Below are positions 11,042 to 21,780 of a stretch of DNA of 64,000 bases, in pieces. The first letter of the stretch is position 1. Each line of letters opens with the position of its first letter. The notes beneath the pieces are model-generated. The model was given only the letters and a program-made list of their open reading frames with translations, did no database searches and was not told where the DNA came from. The translations under genes were made by a program, and so were the position numbers. The DNA lies in the NCBI GenBank assembly GCA_022360445.1, contig JAKSCV010000022.1, positions 1,868 to 65,867 on the forward strand, given 5' to 3'. The DNA comes from Gammaproteobacteria bacterium. Its GTDB lineage: Bacteria; Pseudomonadota; Gammaproteobacteria; UBA5861.

Positions 11042-11848
11042 ATGCAAAACACTGCTGAAAGTCACCCTGCCGTCGCGTTACCCAAACGCGACACAAAACG
11101 AAGTTTGATGCATGCCTTTGGTTGGGGACTTTTCCTCGCGCTACTCGGGCTGTCTTGGGAGGGGGCGGAAATGAACCCCGGCGTATTGGTTTCAGATTCA
11201 TCCAATATGCTCAAGTTTGCCAGCGATTTCTTTCCACTGGACTTCCATGAGTGGGATTTTTATCTCACAGAAATGGTGATTACATTACAGATTGCCGTCT
11301 GGGGTACGGTGCTCTCAATTGTCGCCGCGATTCCTTTTGGCATTCTGTCATCCGAGAACATCGTTCCCTGGTGGGTTTATCAACCAGTCAGACGTTTAAT
11401 GGATGCCGCCCGCGCGATCAACGAAATGGTTTTTGCCATGTTATTTGTCGTCGTCGTTGGTTTGGGACCGTTTGCCGGTGTGCTGGCCCTATTTGTTCAT
11501 ACAACTGGTATTTTGGCGAAGCTTTTTTCCGAAGCTGTGGAGGCAATTGAGCCCGGTCCCGTAGAAGGCATTCGTTCAACGGGTGCCAGCGCTATCCACG
11601 AGGTGATCTTCGGGGTTATTCCCCAAGTGCTGCCGCATTGGATATCGTTTTCACTCTACCGTTTTGAATCGAATGTGCGCTCGGCAACCGTCATTGGGTT
11701 GGTGGGCGCCGGTGGAATTGGTGTTGTGCTCTGGGAAAGCATTCGTGGGTTCAACTTTCCACAGGCGGGGGCCATTATGGTCATCATCATCATTTCCGTG
11801 ACATTAATTGACCTGTTGTCACAATGGCTTAGAAAACGGGTTATATGA
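11042..11848 (+). CDS. phnE: Phosphonate ABC transporter permease
   Basis: [47 protein letters not shown]. Confidence 0.97.
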   Translation: MQNTAESHPAVALPKRDTKRSLMHAFGWGLFLALLGLSWEGAEMNPGVLVSDSSNMLKFASDFFPLDFHEWDFYLTEMVITLQIAVWGTVLSIVAAIPFGILSSENIVPWWVYQPVRRLMDAARAINEMVFAMLFVVVVGLGPFAGVLALFVHTTGILAKLFSEAVEAIEPGPVEGIRSTGASAIHEVIFGVIPQVLPHWISFSLYRFESNVRSATVIGLVGAGGIGVVLWESIRGFNFPQAGAIMVIIIISVTLIDLLSQWLRKRVI

Positions 11849-12333
11849 TGGCAAGCCAGAATTCAGAGACAGAAACACCGGTGACAAATTCAAAGATCCA
11901 AAAACGCCAACATTGGTTATCCGTTTTGGCCAAATCACCGCTGGAGCCGATCGAAAAAGTATGGGCCGAATACAGTGGTTTTGTTCATTACGAACTCATA
12001 CGCCCGCCTGAAATTGGATTAGCCATGGTGCGAGCACGTACCGGTGGGACGGGTTCTTCCTTTAATCTCGGTGAAATCACCGTGACTCGAGCAGCAGCCA
12101 ATGTTCAGGACACAACAGGCTTTGGTTTCATTCGAGGGCGCAACAAGCGCCAGGCAGAATTGATGGCCGTGTTTGATGCCTTACTTCAGCGTGAAGGTAC
12201 AGCAGAGGAGCTGATGAGAAAACTGATTCACCCACTTGACCGTGCGCTTAAAACAGCGGCGGATGAGCGGTCTGCAAAAGCGGCGGCGACAAAAGTGGAA
12301 TTTTTCACCATGGTGCGCGGGGAGGCTGACTGA
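11845..12333 (+). CDS. phnG: C-P lyase complex subunit PhnG
   Basis: [28 protein letters not shown] and [15 protein letters not shown]. Confidence 0.96.
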   Translation: MMASQNSETETPVTNSKIQKRQHWLSVLAKSPLEPIEKVWAEYSGFVHYELIRPPEIGLAMVRARTGGTGSSFNLGEITVTRAAANVQDTTGFGFIRGRNKRQAELMAVFDALLQREGTAEELMRKLIHPLDRALKTAADERSAKAAATKVEFFTMVRGEAD

Positions 12334-12944
12334 TGAGCCAGGAATCCCGTACTTTTACCCAGGGTTTTAGTCTGCCAGCGATGGACATGCAGTATGTTTT
12401 CAGGGAGATTTTGAAGGCACTCTCATCGCCAGGAACAGAGGTTGCGTTGCGCAAACCGGGTGATGTGCCGTTACTGAATGCAGCCAGCATGGCCGCACTA
12501 CTAACATTAACAGACAGCACAACCCCTCTGTGGCTTGATGAACTCACACAGAACAACGATGACTTGCACAACTACCTTGCGTTTCATTGCGGGGTGCCTG
12601 TGGTGAACGAGCAGAGACGCGCCGAATTTGCGGTCATCACGGCGCAAGAAAAGCGTCCCGCATTGGATACCTTTTCTCTGGGTACTGATGAATACCCGGA
12701 TCAAAGCACCACGGTGATTGTCCAGGTCGACGCGTTCACAGGTGAGCGGTTCCGGTGTACCGGCCCGGGTGTTAAAACAGAAAGAAATTTCATGGTGTCA
12801 GGTCTTGATGCGGACTTCTGGGAAGAAAGAAAAGCCTTGATGCCCTTGTTCCCAAGGGGGGTCGACATCCTTTTGACCTGTGGTCACTGCCTGATTGCGT
12901 TGCCACGCACAAGCTGTGTCGAGGAGATTTCGCGATGTATGTAG
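12333..12944 (+). CDS. phnH: C-P lyase complex subunit PhnH
   Basis: LLTLTDSTTPLWLD, LAFHCG, GTDEYPDQSTT, FPRGVD, ALPRT. Confidence 0.95.
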   Translation: MSQESRTFTQGFSLPAMDMQYVFREILKALSSPGTEVALRKPGDVPLLNAASMAALLTLTDSTTPLWLDELTQNNDDLHNYLAFHCGVPVVNEQRRAEFAVITAQEKRPALDTFSLGTDEYPDQSTTVIVQVDAFTGERFRCTGPGVKTERNFMVSGLDADFWEERKALMPLFPRGVDILLTCGHCLIALPRTSCVEEISRCM

Positions 12945-14032
12945 CCGTCAAAGGGGGTGAAAAGGCAATTGAAAATGCGCATAAGTTACTGGCAGAAGAG
13001 CGCCGGGGTGATGTGTCCATTGCCGAACTGGACGTTAAACAGATTCAACATCAGCTGAAACTGGCCGTTTCTCGTGTGATGACCGAAGGCTCCTGTTACG
13101 ACGAAGAACTGGCCGCGTTGGCCATCAAACAAGCTAGTGGTGACCTGGTTGAAGCCATTTTTCTGCTGCGTGCGTATCGAACAACCTTAACGCGCTTTTT
13201 TACAACCGAGCCCATTAAGACCGAAACCATGCAGCTCTGTCGGCGCATTTCCGCCACGTATAAAGATTTGCCTGGTGGGCAGGTTCTTGGGCCGACTTAT
13301 GACTACACCCTCAGACTGCTCGACTTCAAACTGGCCGCAGAAGGTGGTGAGACAGCAGAGGTAGATGTGGCAAATAATCATAACCTGGAATCCATGCCTC
13401 GCGTTGTAGATGTGCTGAACCATGAGGGCTTAATCGAACCGGCAGAGCCGTCTGCCGTGCCCGAAGAAGCGACTGACTTAACGCGTGAACCACTCAAACT
13501 ACCGGCAAACAGACCCACCCGACTACAAAATCTGGCACGTGCAGACGAGGGGTTTTTGCTGGCACTGGGGTACTCAACACAACGAGGCTATGCAAATTCA
13601 CATCCATTCGCGGGTGAAATACGGATCGGTTGGGTGAGTGTCAGCGTTGTACCGCAAGAGCTGGGTTTTGAGATTGAAATCGGTGAGATAGAAGTCACCG
13701 AGTGTGAAATGATCAATCAATTTCAAGGCAGCAAGGTGGTCCCACCGCAATTTACCCGAGGCTATGGCCTGACCTTCGGACACAGCGAGCGCAAAGCCAT
13801 GGCCATGGCCCTTGTGGATCGAGCTCTCCGCTGCGATGAGTTGGGAGAAGAACGCATCGCCCCTGCGCAAGATGAAGAGTTTGTACTGGCACACAGCGAT
13901 AATGTAGAAGCCTCCGGTTTTGTACAGCACCTTAAATTACCGCATTACGTTGATTTTCAGTCTGAGCTGGAAATGATCCGTAAGCTTCGGGACAAGAGGA
14001 ATCTAAGCGGTGAGGAAAACAGTGATGGCTGA
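12935..14032 (+). CDS. phnI: C-P lyase complex subunit PhnI
   Basis: MYVAVKGGEKAI start, FLLRAYRTTL, GFVQHLKLPHYVDFQSEL. Confidence 0.98.
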   Translation: MYVAVKGGEKAIENAHKLLAEERRGDVSIAELDVKQIQHQLKLAVSRVMTEGSCYDEELAALAIKQASGDLVEAIFLLRAYRTTLTRFFTTEPIKTETMQLCRRISATYKDLPGGQVLGPTYDYTLRLLDFKLAAEGGETAEVDVANNHNLESMPRVVDVLNHEGLIEPAEPSAVPEEATDLTREPLKLPANRPTRLQNLARADEGFLLALGYSTQRGYANSHPFAGEIRIGWVSVSVVPQELGFEIEIGEIEVTECEMINQFQGSKVVPPQFTRGYGLTFGHSERKAMAMALVDRALRCDELGEERIAPAQDEEFVLAHSDNVEASGFVQHLKLPHYVDFQSELEMIRKLRDKRNLSGEENSDG

Positions 14033-14930
14033 ACAGAACCCCCAGAGTGAACTGGAAACGGAATACAATTTTGCTTACCTGGATGAGCAAACCAAGCGGA
14101 TGATCCGGCGAGCTATTCTCAAAGCTGTGGCCATCCCGGGGTACCAGGTGCCATTTGGCAGCCGAGAAATGCCCATGCCCTACGGCTGGGGAACCGGAGG
14201 CATACAGGTGACAGCCAGCATTATCGGGCCCAAAGACGTGCTGAAAGTGATTGATCAAGGCTCGGACGACACCACCAATGCCGTCAGCATCCGCCAATTT
14301 TTCCAGCGCACAACCGGGGGTGAAACCACGGAAAGCACAGCCGCTGCCACACTGATCCAAACGCGCCATCGTATCCCGGAAAAGCCTTTAACTGAGCAAC
14401 AAATTCTGGTTTACCAAGTGCCCATCCCTGAACCTCTTAGGTTTTTAGAACCCCGTGAGACAGAAACCCGCAAAATGCACGCATTGGCTGAATACGGAAT
14501 CATGCATGTCAAATTGTATGAAGACATCGCCCACTACGGCCAAATTGTTCACAGCTACGACTATCCAGTGGTCGTGAATGATCGATATGTCATGCGGCCA
14601 TCGCCCATTCCCAAATTTGATAACCCTAAAATGCACCAAATGCCTGCGCTACAGCTTTTTGGCGCGGGGCGGGAAAAACGCATCTACGCGATTCCACCGT
14701 ATACGGATGTAAAAAGCCTAGACTTTGATGACCACCCTTTTGAGGTGCAGCGATGGGAAGAAGCCTGTGCGCTTTGTGGTGCGACAGACAGCTTTCTGGA
14801 TGAAATTGTTATGGACGATGAGGGACAGCGTATGTTCACGTGTTCAGATACCGATTATTGCCGTGAGCGGCAACAGTCAGCGGGCAACTGTCGCTTAGCG
14901 GGCGATGAACAAACACAGGCAGGAGGCTGA
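14025..14930 (+). CDS. phnJ: C-P lyase PhnJ (radical SAM)
   Basis: YNFAYLDEQTKRMIRRA, MPYGWGTGG, and the C-terminal cysteine cluster CALC...CSDTDYC. Confidence 0.98.
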   Translation: MAEQNPQSELETEYNFAYLDEQTKRMIRRAILKAVAIPGYQVPFGSREMPMPYGWGTGGIQVTASIIGPKDVLKVIDQGSDDTTNAVSIRQFFQRTTGGETTESTAAATLIQTRHRIPEKPLTEQQILVYQVPIPEPLRFLEPRETETRKMHALAEYGIMHVKLYEDIAHYGQIVHSYDYPVVVNDRYVMRPSPIPKFDNPKMHQMPALQLFGAGREKRIYAIPPYTDVKSLDFDDHPFEVQRWEEACALCGATDSFLDEIVMDDEGQRMFTCSDTDYCRERQQSAGNCRLAGDEQTQAGG

Positions 14931-14938
14931 GCCGCTCA

Positions 14939-15730
14939 ATGAACTCACAATCACACCATGAACAACCGTTATTAAGTACAAAAAATGTCACGGTTTATTA
15001 TGGAAACCACATCGGTTGTCGCAATGTCTCGTTTGATTTATGGCCGGGGGAAGTCATTGGTATCGTCGGAGAATCCGGATCTGGCAAAACAACCTTGTTA
15101 AACAGTATTTCGGCGCGGTTAGAACCTGATGAAGGCGTCATCGACTATCAACTTCACACCGGTGACCGGGTCAATCTTTATGAGCTTTCCGAAGCGCGTC
15201 GACGATTCTTGATCCGGACCGAGTGGGGGATTGTGCACCAAAACCCGCGCGATGGACTGCGCATGGGCGTGAGTGCAGGCGCCAATATCAGCGAACGTTT
15301 GATGGCTTTAGGGGGCCGCCACTACGGCACATTACGTGACAGTTCTGAACAGTGGATGACCTCAGTTGAACTGGATACGACTCGTATCGACGACATGCCC
15401 CGAGAATTTTCCGGCGGTATGCTGCAGCGTTTGCAAATTGCCCGTAACCTGGTCACCCAACCTCGCTTGGTTTTTATGGACGAGCCAACAGGCGGGTTGG
15501 ATGTTTCTGTTCAGGCGCGCTTGCTCGACTTGATCCGGCAACTGGTTTCAAAGCTGGATTTAGCCGCAGTTATTGTGACGCACGATCTAGCGGTCGCTCG
15601 GCTTTTATCACAGCGTTTGCTGGTCATGCATCGGGGTGAGGTGGTTGAAAGTGGCCTCACGGATCAGGTTCTGGATGACCCTCAGCATCCGTACACGCAG
15701 TTGCTAGTGTCCTCTGTTTTACAGGTGTAA
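14939..15730 (+). CDS. phnK: C-P lyase ABC-type ATPase PhnK
   Basis: GESGSGKTT, RTEWGIVHQNPRDGLRM, FSGGMLQRLQIARNL, DDPQHPYTQLLVSS. Confidence 0.97.
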   Translation: MNSQSHHEQPLLSTKNVTVYYGNHIGCRNVSFDLWPGEVIGIVGESGSGKTTLLNSISARLEPDEGVIDYQLHTGDRVNLYELSEARRRFLIRTEWGIVHQNPRDGLRMGVSAGANISERLMALGGRHYGTLRDSSEQWMTSVELDTTRIDDMPREFSGGMLQRLQIARNLVTQPRLVFMDEPTGGLDVSVQARLLDLIRQLVSKLDLAAVIVTHDLAVARLLSQRLLVMHRGEVVESGLTDQVLDDPQHPYTQLLVSSVLQV

Positions 15731-15732
15731 AT

Positions 15733-16443
15733 ATGGTGATGGATTCCGTATACCTGAGTGTTGAAAAACTGGATAAAACGTTTCTGTTGCACAACCAGAA
15801 CAAAACTCGCATCAATGCTTTTAAAGACATTGACCTCAAAGCCTATCGCGGAGAGTGTCTGGTGATTCGCGGCGAATCCGGCTCCGGCAAAAGCACGCTT
15901 TTGAAAACCCTTTATGGAAACTACTTGGCTAAGGATGGCCACATTTTTATTCAACATCGTGGTGCTCGTGTAGACCTGGTTCGATCAGAACCCCGAAAAA
16001 TTATGCAAATTCGTAAGGAGACGATAGGTTATGTCAGTCAATTCTTGCGGGTTGTGCCGCGGGTCCCCTGCATAAACATCGTTGCGGAACCCCTGCTTGA
16101 GCGCGGAGTTGATCAGGCGATCGCCCTGGAAAAAGCGCAGACCTTGCTGGAGCGACTGCATATTCCATCCCATCTTTGGAACCTTTCACCCGTTACTTTT
16201 TCCGGCGGTGAGCAGCAGCGGGTTAATCTGGCACATGGTTTTATTGCCGATTACCCCATCTTGTTGCTGGACGAGCCGACCGCATCGCTGGATGCCATGA
16301 ATCGCGATGTTGTGACTGAACTGATTCATGAAAAGAAAGCACAAGGCGTTGCACTGATCGGCATTTTTCATGATGCTCATGTGCGTGAATCCGTCGCAGA
16401 CAGGTATGTTGACATGCATTCGATAGGAACGCTAACTCCATGA
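15733..16443 (+). CDS. phnL: C-P lyase ABC-type ATPase PhnL
   Basis: KTFLLHNQ, GYVSQFLRVVPRV, TFSGGEQQRVN, IGIFHD. Confidence 0.96.
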   Translation: MVMDSVYLSVEKLDKTFLLHNQNKTRINAFKDIDLKAYRGECLVIRGESGSGKSTLLKTLYGNYLAKDGHIFIQHRGARVDLVRSEPRKIMQIRKETIGYVSQFLRVVPRVPCINIVAEPLLERGVDQAIALEKAQTLLERLHIPSHLWNLSPVTFSGGEQQRVNLAHGFIADYPILLLDEPTASLDAMNRDVVTELIHEKKAQGVALIGIFHDAHVRESVADRYVDMHSIGTLTP

Positions 16444-17582
16444 AAAATTTGATATTAACTAATGCGAAAATCGTGACAGAGGATGAAGTCATTAAGGGCA
16501 CGCTGCATATTCAGGGCGGTCAGATTCGTGCGGTTGACACGGGTAATAGCACACTGGCTGCCGCGCAGGATTTACAGGGCGACTACCTGTTGCCCGGGCT
16601 GATCGAGCTGCATACCGATAACTTGGAAAAACACTATAGCCCAAGGCCGGGTGTAATCTGGCCTTCTTTACCGGCGGTGATTTCTCACGACGCGCAAATT
16701 TCAGCCGCGGGGATTACGACAGTTTTTGATGCACTCACGCTGGGAGATGACAATCAAAAAGCGCGCCGGTCCGAAAATATTAGCGCCATGACCGGAGCTG
16801 TGATCGATGCGCAAAACAAAAACCTGCTGCGGGCAGAGCACCTACTGCATATGCGCTGTGAGGTGAGCTGTGAAGAGGTGATTCACTTGTGGGAAGCTTT
16901 TGCAGATGAGCACCTGGTCAGGCTTGTTTCTGTTATGGATCATGCGCCAGGACAACGCCAGTTTGTCAGCTTAGATAAGTATCGCCTGTATTATCAAAAA
17001 AAATACAATCTGAATGACGCGCAAATGCAGATTTTCATTGAAGAGCAAACCGAAGCGGCAAAAAAACACAGCGATCGCAATCGCAAGCATATTGTCGAGA
17101 GCTGTAAAGCACGAAATTTACCCATAGCCAGTCATGATGATGCCACCGAAGAACATGTTGAGGAATCGGCGGGTTATGGGATGGTTGTTGCCGAATTCCC
17201 AACGACAGAAGTCGCAGCAAAAGCTTCGAAAGCACATGGTATGGGGGTTATGGCCGGTGCACCCAATATGGTCAGAGGGCAATCACATTCGGGTAACATT
17301 TCTGCACGTGAATTAGCGTCACTTGGGCTTGTGGATATTCTGTCATCAGACTATGTGCCCGTTAGCTTGCTGCACAGTGCCTTCCTGTTACACGAGTTGA
17401 ACCCGAACATCAGTCTGCCAGGGGCGATTGCCACCGTTTCGTCGACGCCCGCTGAAATCGTCGGTTTGCATGATCGTGGGAAACTGACTGAAGGGCGGCG
17501 AGGGGATGTGATCCACGTACACCCGTCGAATGATTTGCCAGTTGTCCGGGGAGTTTGGCGTGAAGGCATTAAGGTGCAGTGA
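16440..17582 (+). CDS. phnM: Alpha-D-ribose 1-methylphosphonate 5-triphosphate diphosphatase
   Basis: LPGLIELHTDNLE, MDHAPGQRQF, ASHDD, GAPNMVRGQSHSGN, LSSDYVP. Confidence 0.97.
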   Translation: MKNLILTNAKIVTEDEVIKGTLHIQGGQIRAVDTGNSTLAAAQDLQGDYLLPGLIELHTDNLEKHYSPRPGVIWPSLPAVISHDAQISAAGITTVFDALTLGDDNQKARRSENISAMTGAVIDAQNKNLLRAEHLLHMRCEVSCEEVIHLWEAFADEHLVRLVSVMDHAPGQRQFVSLDKYRLYYQKKYNLNDAQMQIFIEEQTEAAKKHSDRNRKHIVESCKARNLPIASHDDATEEHVEESAGYGMVVAEFPTTEVAAKASKAHGMGVMAGAPNMVRGQSHSGNISARELASLGLVDILSSDYVPVSLLHSAFLLHELNPNISLPGAIATVSSTPAEIVGLHDRGKLTEGRRGDVIHVHPSNDLPVVRGVWREGIKVQ

Positions 17583-18337
17583 CGGTGACGTTACCCGCCG
17601 ATGTGGAAGAGATCAGTCGAGCTCGGTTTGCTTTGTATTTCTGCCCAAATCCGGGAACAGCTTTGTGGCATTTTGGCAGCACATGGCTGGGGAGAAATAT
17701 TCAGGAACACACAGATCAAGCTGAGCCGCGGTTTGAGGCACTTAATGAGATTTTGAACACAGGCGAATGTGAAGGGTTTGCGCTGGATGCGATAGTAAAA
17801 CTTCCAAGGTACTATGGGTTTCACGCCACACTCAAGCCGCCTTTTTACCTAAAAAAAAGCAAAACGCTGGATGAACTGATGGCCGCTGTGCAGAATTTTG
17901 CCAGTGAAAGTCGTACATGCGTACTGCCGCCCCTGATCGCCCGCAGTCTGGGGCACTTTGTGGCTCTCGTGCCCGAGACAACAAGCCCCAGGGTTGATGC
18001 CTTCGCACGGAATTGCGTGGTGTATTTTGATGATTTTCGTGCCTTACCCAGCGAAGCAGAAGTGGAGCGGCGATTAAAAACACAATGGACTCCAAGGCAG
18101 CAGGCGCTGCTGGCCCAGTGGGGCTACCCGTTTGTGATGGAAGAATTTCGATTCCATATGACATTAACAGGCAAACTCCCAGCTGACGTGCAGGCCCACC
18201 TGATACATCAACTATCAGAGCCTGTTACGGAGCTTAATCAAGTCCCTCACGTTATTGACACCCTTTGTTTGTGTTATCAGCCCCAGGAAGGGGCTGATTT
18301 CAAAGTATTCGCACGGTTTCAGTTGAACGGCTCTTAG
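17579..18337 (+). CDS. DUF1045 family 2H-phosphoesterase-like phosphonate metabolism protein
   Basis: RFALYFCP, YGFHATLKPPF and WGYPFVMEEFRFHMTLTG (two H-x-T motifs); GTG start overlaps the phnM stop. Confidence 0.9.
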   Translation: MTVTLPADVEEISRARFALYFCPNPGTALWHFGSTWLGRNIQEHTDQAEPRFEALNEILNTGECEGFALDAIVKLPRYYGFHATLKPPFYLKKSKTLDELMAAVQNFASESRTCVLPPLIARSLGHFVALVPETTSPRVDAFARNCVVYFDDFRALPSEAEVERRLKTQWTPRQQALLAQWGYPFVMEEFRFHMTLTGKLPADVQAHLIHQLSEPVTELNQVPHVIDTLCLCYQPQEGADFKVFARFQLNGS

Positions 18338-18356
18338 GACCAATTTTGGCGCGGGA

Positions 18357-20024
18357 CTAGTCTTCTTCCCGGAGTGCTCGACGCAGAATTTTTCCGACAT
18401 TAGTTTTGGGGAGTTCATCCCGGAACTCAAACTTTTTAGGAATTTTATAGGCTGTGAGCGACTGATGCAGGAATGATTTTATTTCGTCTTCCGTAAGGGA
18501 TTTCCCGGCTTCAAAGACGATAAAAGCTTTAACGACTTCACCTGAATTGTCATCATCAACACCGATACAGGCCGCCTCAAGAATGTCTGGGTGTTGGGTT
18601 AAGGCGTCTTCCACTTCGTTGGGGTAAACGTTAAATCCGGAGACGATGACGATGTCTTTTTTCCGGTCAACGAGGTACATAAAGCCAACGTCGTCTATGT
18701 AGCCCATATCACCGGTTTTTAACCAGCCATCCTGAGTGAGTGTGGCTTCGGTTTCGTCTGGCCTTTGCCAATAGCCCCGCATCACTTGCGGCCCTTTGAC
18801 CCATAGTTCACCGATGTCGCCAGCAGGTACTTCGGCTTCTGTCTCATCCCGAAAACTCACATCTGTATTTGGCGCAGGAATACCGATGCTGCCCGTATAA
18901 TCAGTAATATCAATCGGATTCACGGAAACCAAAGGAGATGACTCCGTCAACCCATAGCCTTCAATAATGAAACAACCCGTTGCCTGCTTCCATTGCCGGG
19001 CCACATCTTTTTGCACCGCCATGCCGCCACCAATGCTGAGCTTTACCCCGGAAAAGTCGAGTTTATTAAAACCGGGCTCATGAAGTAAGGCATTGAAAAG
19101 GGTATTTACCCCGGTAATAAAACTGAATCGCCACTGCCCCAGCTCTTTAACAAAAGCGGGAAAATCCCGGGGATTCGTAATGAGCACATTCGTGGCACCC
19201 CGAGAGAAAAAAGACAAGCAGTTCGCCGTTAAACAAAAAATGTGGTAGAGCGGAAGCGCTGTGATTGCGACTTCATCTTGCTCCTGTTTTAACGGTTCTA
19301 AATAAGCTAACACCTGTTCCGTATTCGCCACCATGTTTTGGTGGGTCAAAATTGCGCCCTTGGCGACACCCGTTGTACCTCCGGTGTATTGCAAAAAGGC
19401 GACATCATCGGGCTGCACATCAACCGGTTGAAAGTCATTCGCCGGGCTGTTTTTTAAGGCCTGGCGAAAACTCACGGCTTCGGGTAAACGGTACTTGGGT
19501 ACCATCTTCTTGACATACCGTACAACCCCATTCACCAAAATGGACCGGAAAGAACCCAACATGTCACCAATTTCCGTCACTATAATGTGTCGAATGTTGG
19601 TTTGGTCCACCACTTCTTCCAAAACAGAGGCAAAATTCGCCACCACAACGATTGCGACCGCACCTGAATCATTGAGCTGGTGCTTTAGCTCGGGCGCGGT
19701 GTATAAAGGATTCACGTTCACAACCGTCAATCCTGAACGCAAGGCGGCAAAAAGAGCCACGGGATACTGCAAAAGATTGGGCGACATGATGGCAATACGG
19801 TCACCCTTTTTGAGTTTTAACTCATTTTGGAAATAGCTGGCCAATTGACGCGTCAAAACCTCCAGCTCGGAATAACTGATGTTTTTTCCCATACAGGAAA
19901 AAGCAGGTTTTGATGAAAATGCTTCACAAACGGACTCAAACATAGAAGCCAGTGAAGCATGCTTGCTTGGGTCAATTGTGGAAGGCATGCCTTCCGGGTA
20001 GCGAGTTAACCAGGGCTTATTCAT
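18357..20024 (-). CDS. fadD: Long-chain fatty acid-CoA ligase
   Basis: LQYTGGTTGVAKGA AMP-binding motif, EGYGLTESSP, GWLKTGD, LPKTNVGKILRR. Confidence 0.95.
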   Translation of the reverse strand: MNKPWLTRYPEGMPSTIDPSKHASLASMFESVCEAFSSKPAFSCMGKNISYSELEVLTRQLASYFQNELKLKKGDRIAIMSPNLLQYPVALFAALRSGLTVVNVNPLYTAPELKHQLNDSGAVAIVVVANFASVLEEVVDQTNIRHIIVTEIGDMLGSFRSILVNGVVRYVKKMVPKYRLPEAVSFRQALKNSPANDFQPVDVQPDDVAFLQYTGGTTGVAKGAILTHQNMVANTEQVLAYLEPLKQEQDEVAITALPLYHIFCLTANCLSFFSRGATNVLITNPRDFPAFVKELGQWRFSFITGVNTLFNALLHEPGFNKLDFSGVKLSIGGGMAVQKDVARQWKQATGCFIIEGYGLTESSPLVSVNPIDITDYTGSIGIPAPNTDVSFRDETEAEVPAGDIGELWVKGPQVMRGYWQRPDETEATLTQDGWLKTGDMGYIDDVGFMYLVDRKKDIVIVSGFNVYPNEVEDALTQHPDILEAACIGVDDDNSGEVVKAFIVFEAGKSLTEDEIKSFLHQSLTAYKIPKKFEFRDELPKTNVGKILRRALREED

Positions 20025-20135
20025 ATGAGATTACCTGCGCTGATGTATGTGCGGTAGTTTTTGACAGATTTATGACATAAAAGCAAGTCCCACTCGATTA
20101 TAGTGAGCCGGTAAGCTTAAGTGAGTGGGAGAGTG

Positions 20136-20959
20136 TTACAACAGCCTGTTTAGTGCCAAATCGAGCGAGTCATATTTAAAGGAAAAACCGGCGCTCAGTA
20201 CTTTTTGGGGCATTACTTTTTTTCCCGAAAGCAGTAACTCTTTCCCCATTTGTCCCATTAATAACTTGACTGCAAAGGCGGGGAGAGTAAACCACGTTGG
20301 GCGGTGCAGTGTCCGCCCCAGTGTTTGTGTGAAGACAGTATTCGTCACAGGGTTAGGGGAAACGCCATTCACAGGGCCACTCATCGTGTCGTGATGGAGA
20401 CAATACAATATGATATTAATTAAATCGTCCCGGTGTATCCACGGCATCCACTGGTGGCCATGGCCAATTTTCCCTCCAAGGCCTAATTTAAAAGGAAGCA
20501 ACATCTTCTTCAGGGCTCCACCTTCCTTGCCCAGCACAATGCCTGTGCGTAACAAGCAAGTTCGGATACCCATGGCTTGCGCTTGTAGCGCAGCAGCTTC
20601 CCACTGCTGACACGATTGGCTGGAAAAACTCTCGTTCCCCGGCGCCTCTTCGGTAATCTCATCATTGCCCGTGCCGACGCCATAAAACCCGATGGCAGAT
20701 CCACTGATCATCGTGCTCGGCTTTTGATATGTGGTCTGTAAATAGGTGATCAGATTCTGTGTGGTTTTGAGCCGGCTGGTGCAGATCCTATTTTTTTGTG
20801 CCGTTGTCCAGCGCTTATCTGCAATCGGTTCCCCAGCCAGATTAATCACAGCATCACAGGCGTTCGGCTGAGCACTGTGATGTCATGGCCTTCCGCTAAC
20901 AAATGGGAACAAAGGGCGGACCCAATAAAACCTGTGCCCCCCGTCATTAATACGTTCAT
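20136..20959 (-). pseudogene. TIGR01777/YfcH-like NAD-dependent epimerase, disrupted near the 5' end
   Basis: ATG at 20959 gives MNVLMTGGTGFIGSALCSHLLAEGHDITVLSRTPVML*. A different frame resumes ...CDAVINLAGEPIADKRW...LRTGIVL...WMPWIH. This indicates a frameshift with an apparent internal deletion near 20860. Confidence 0.8.
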
Positions 20960-20978
20960 TGGCTTAACCTTGTCTCTC

Positions 20979-21010
20979 TAGCAAAATCAAAGAGGTCAGA
21001 CTCGACTGAT
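20979..21010 (+). repeat. Repeat copy 1 (left inverted repeat of the RAYT-like gene)
   Basis: TAGCAAAATCAAAGAGGTCAGACTCGACTGAT; 27/32 identical to the reverse complement of 21782-21813; ends 7 nt from the transposase stop codon. Confidence 0.88.
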
Positions 21011-21017
21011 CTATTAA

Positions 21018-21734
21018 TTAGTTGAATCTAGCCTGTTTATACGCTTTCGATCTCCTATCACCACCACGACTAGCAGGACTAACAGGTCGATTTAACTGGT
21101 TCGCAATTTTCTGCTTAAAATGATTGCTACCCAATACCCACGCTTTGTTTGTTGCTGTGCGAATATCGCTGAGTGTTTTCTCACTAATGTGCGCTTGAAA
21201 CAATGATCGATATGCCGCTTGTCTTTCTTCACCCGTTTTGCCTAAACCAGTGTATTCCGAATGCGGCGCTACAAGTGCGTTAACCTGGCCTAACGCATTG
21301 TAACGGTCACTCGACCAGGGATATTCTGATGGGTGCTCAACCATGCCTTCTGCTCTGACAGGGTTCAGTTCGATATAGCGATAACAGGTTAGCAAATAGT
21401 TTTCTGTGTCAATGAGGGTCGCTTTGTAACGCCCTTCCCAAAGGGTGCCTGTACGGTTATAGGAACGATTGAAGTATTGGACATAATACCGCCCCAGCAT
21501 TTGCATAGCTTTGCTAATGCCTTGCTCTGTTTGTGGCGTGAGCAGAAAATGCACATGATTTGTCATTAAGACATAGGCATGAACATCACATTGGTGCTTG
21601 TCGCAGGCCTGCTTTAGCTTTTCCAGATAAAACCGATAGTCTTCATCGGCGTAGAAAATCGGATCACGATTATTACCCCGAACGATGATATGTTGTGGTT
21701 GACCGGGAATAACAAAGCGGGCTTGACGCGGCAT
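21018..21734 (-). mobile_element. HUH/Y1 tyrosine transposase, REP-associated (RAYT/TnpA-REP)-like
   Basis: MPRQAR start, HIIVRGNNRDPIF, HUH motif in AYVLMTNHVHFLL, RTGTLWEGRY, catalytic Tyr in RYIELNPVRA, EYPWSS; no tnpB nearby. Confidence 0.9.
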
Positions 21735-21780
21735 GGATCGATATTCGATAAAAACCAAAAATAACTTAACCAAGCACGTC

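Noticed and set aside
21018-21734. IS200/IS605 element with TnpB
   Set aside because: No tnpB gene; the protein is longer than IS200 TnpA and has RAYT-type RGNNR, NPVRA and WSS motifs.
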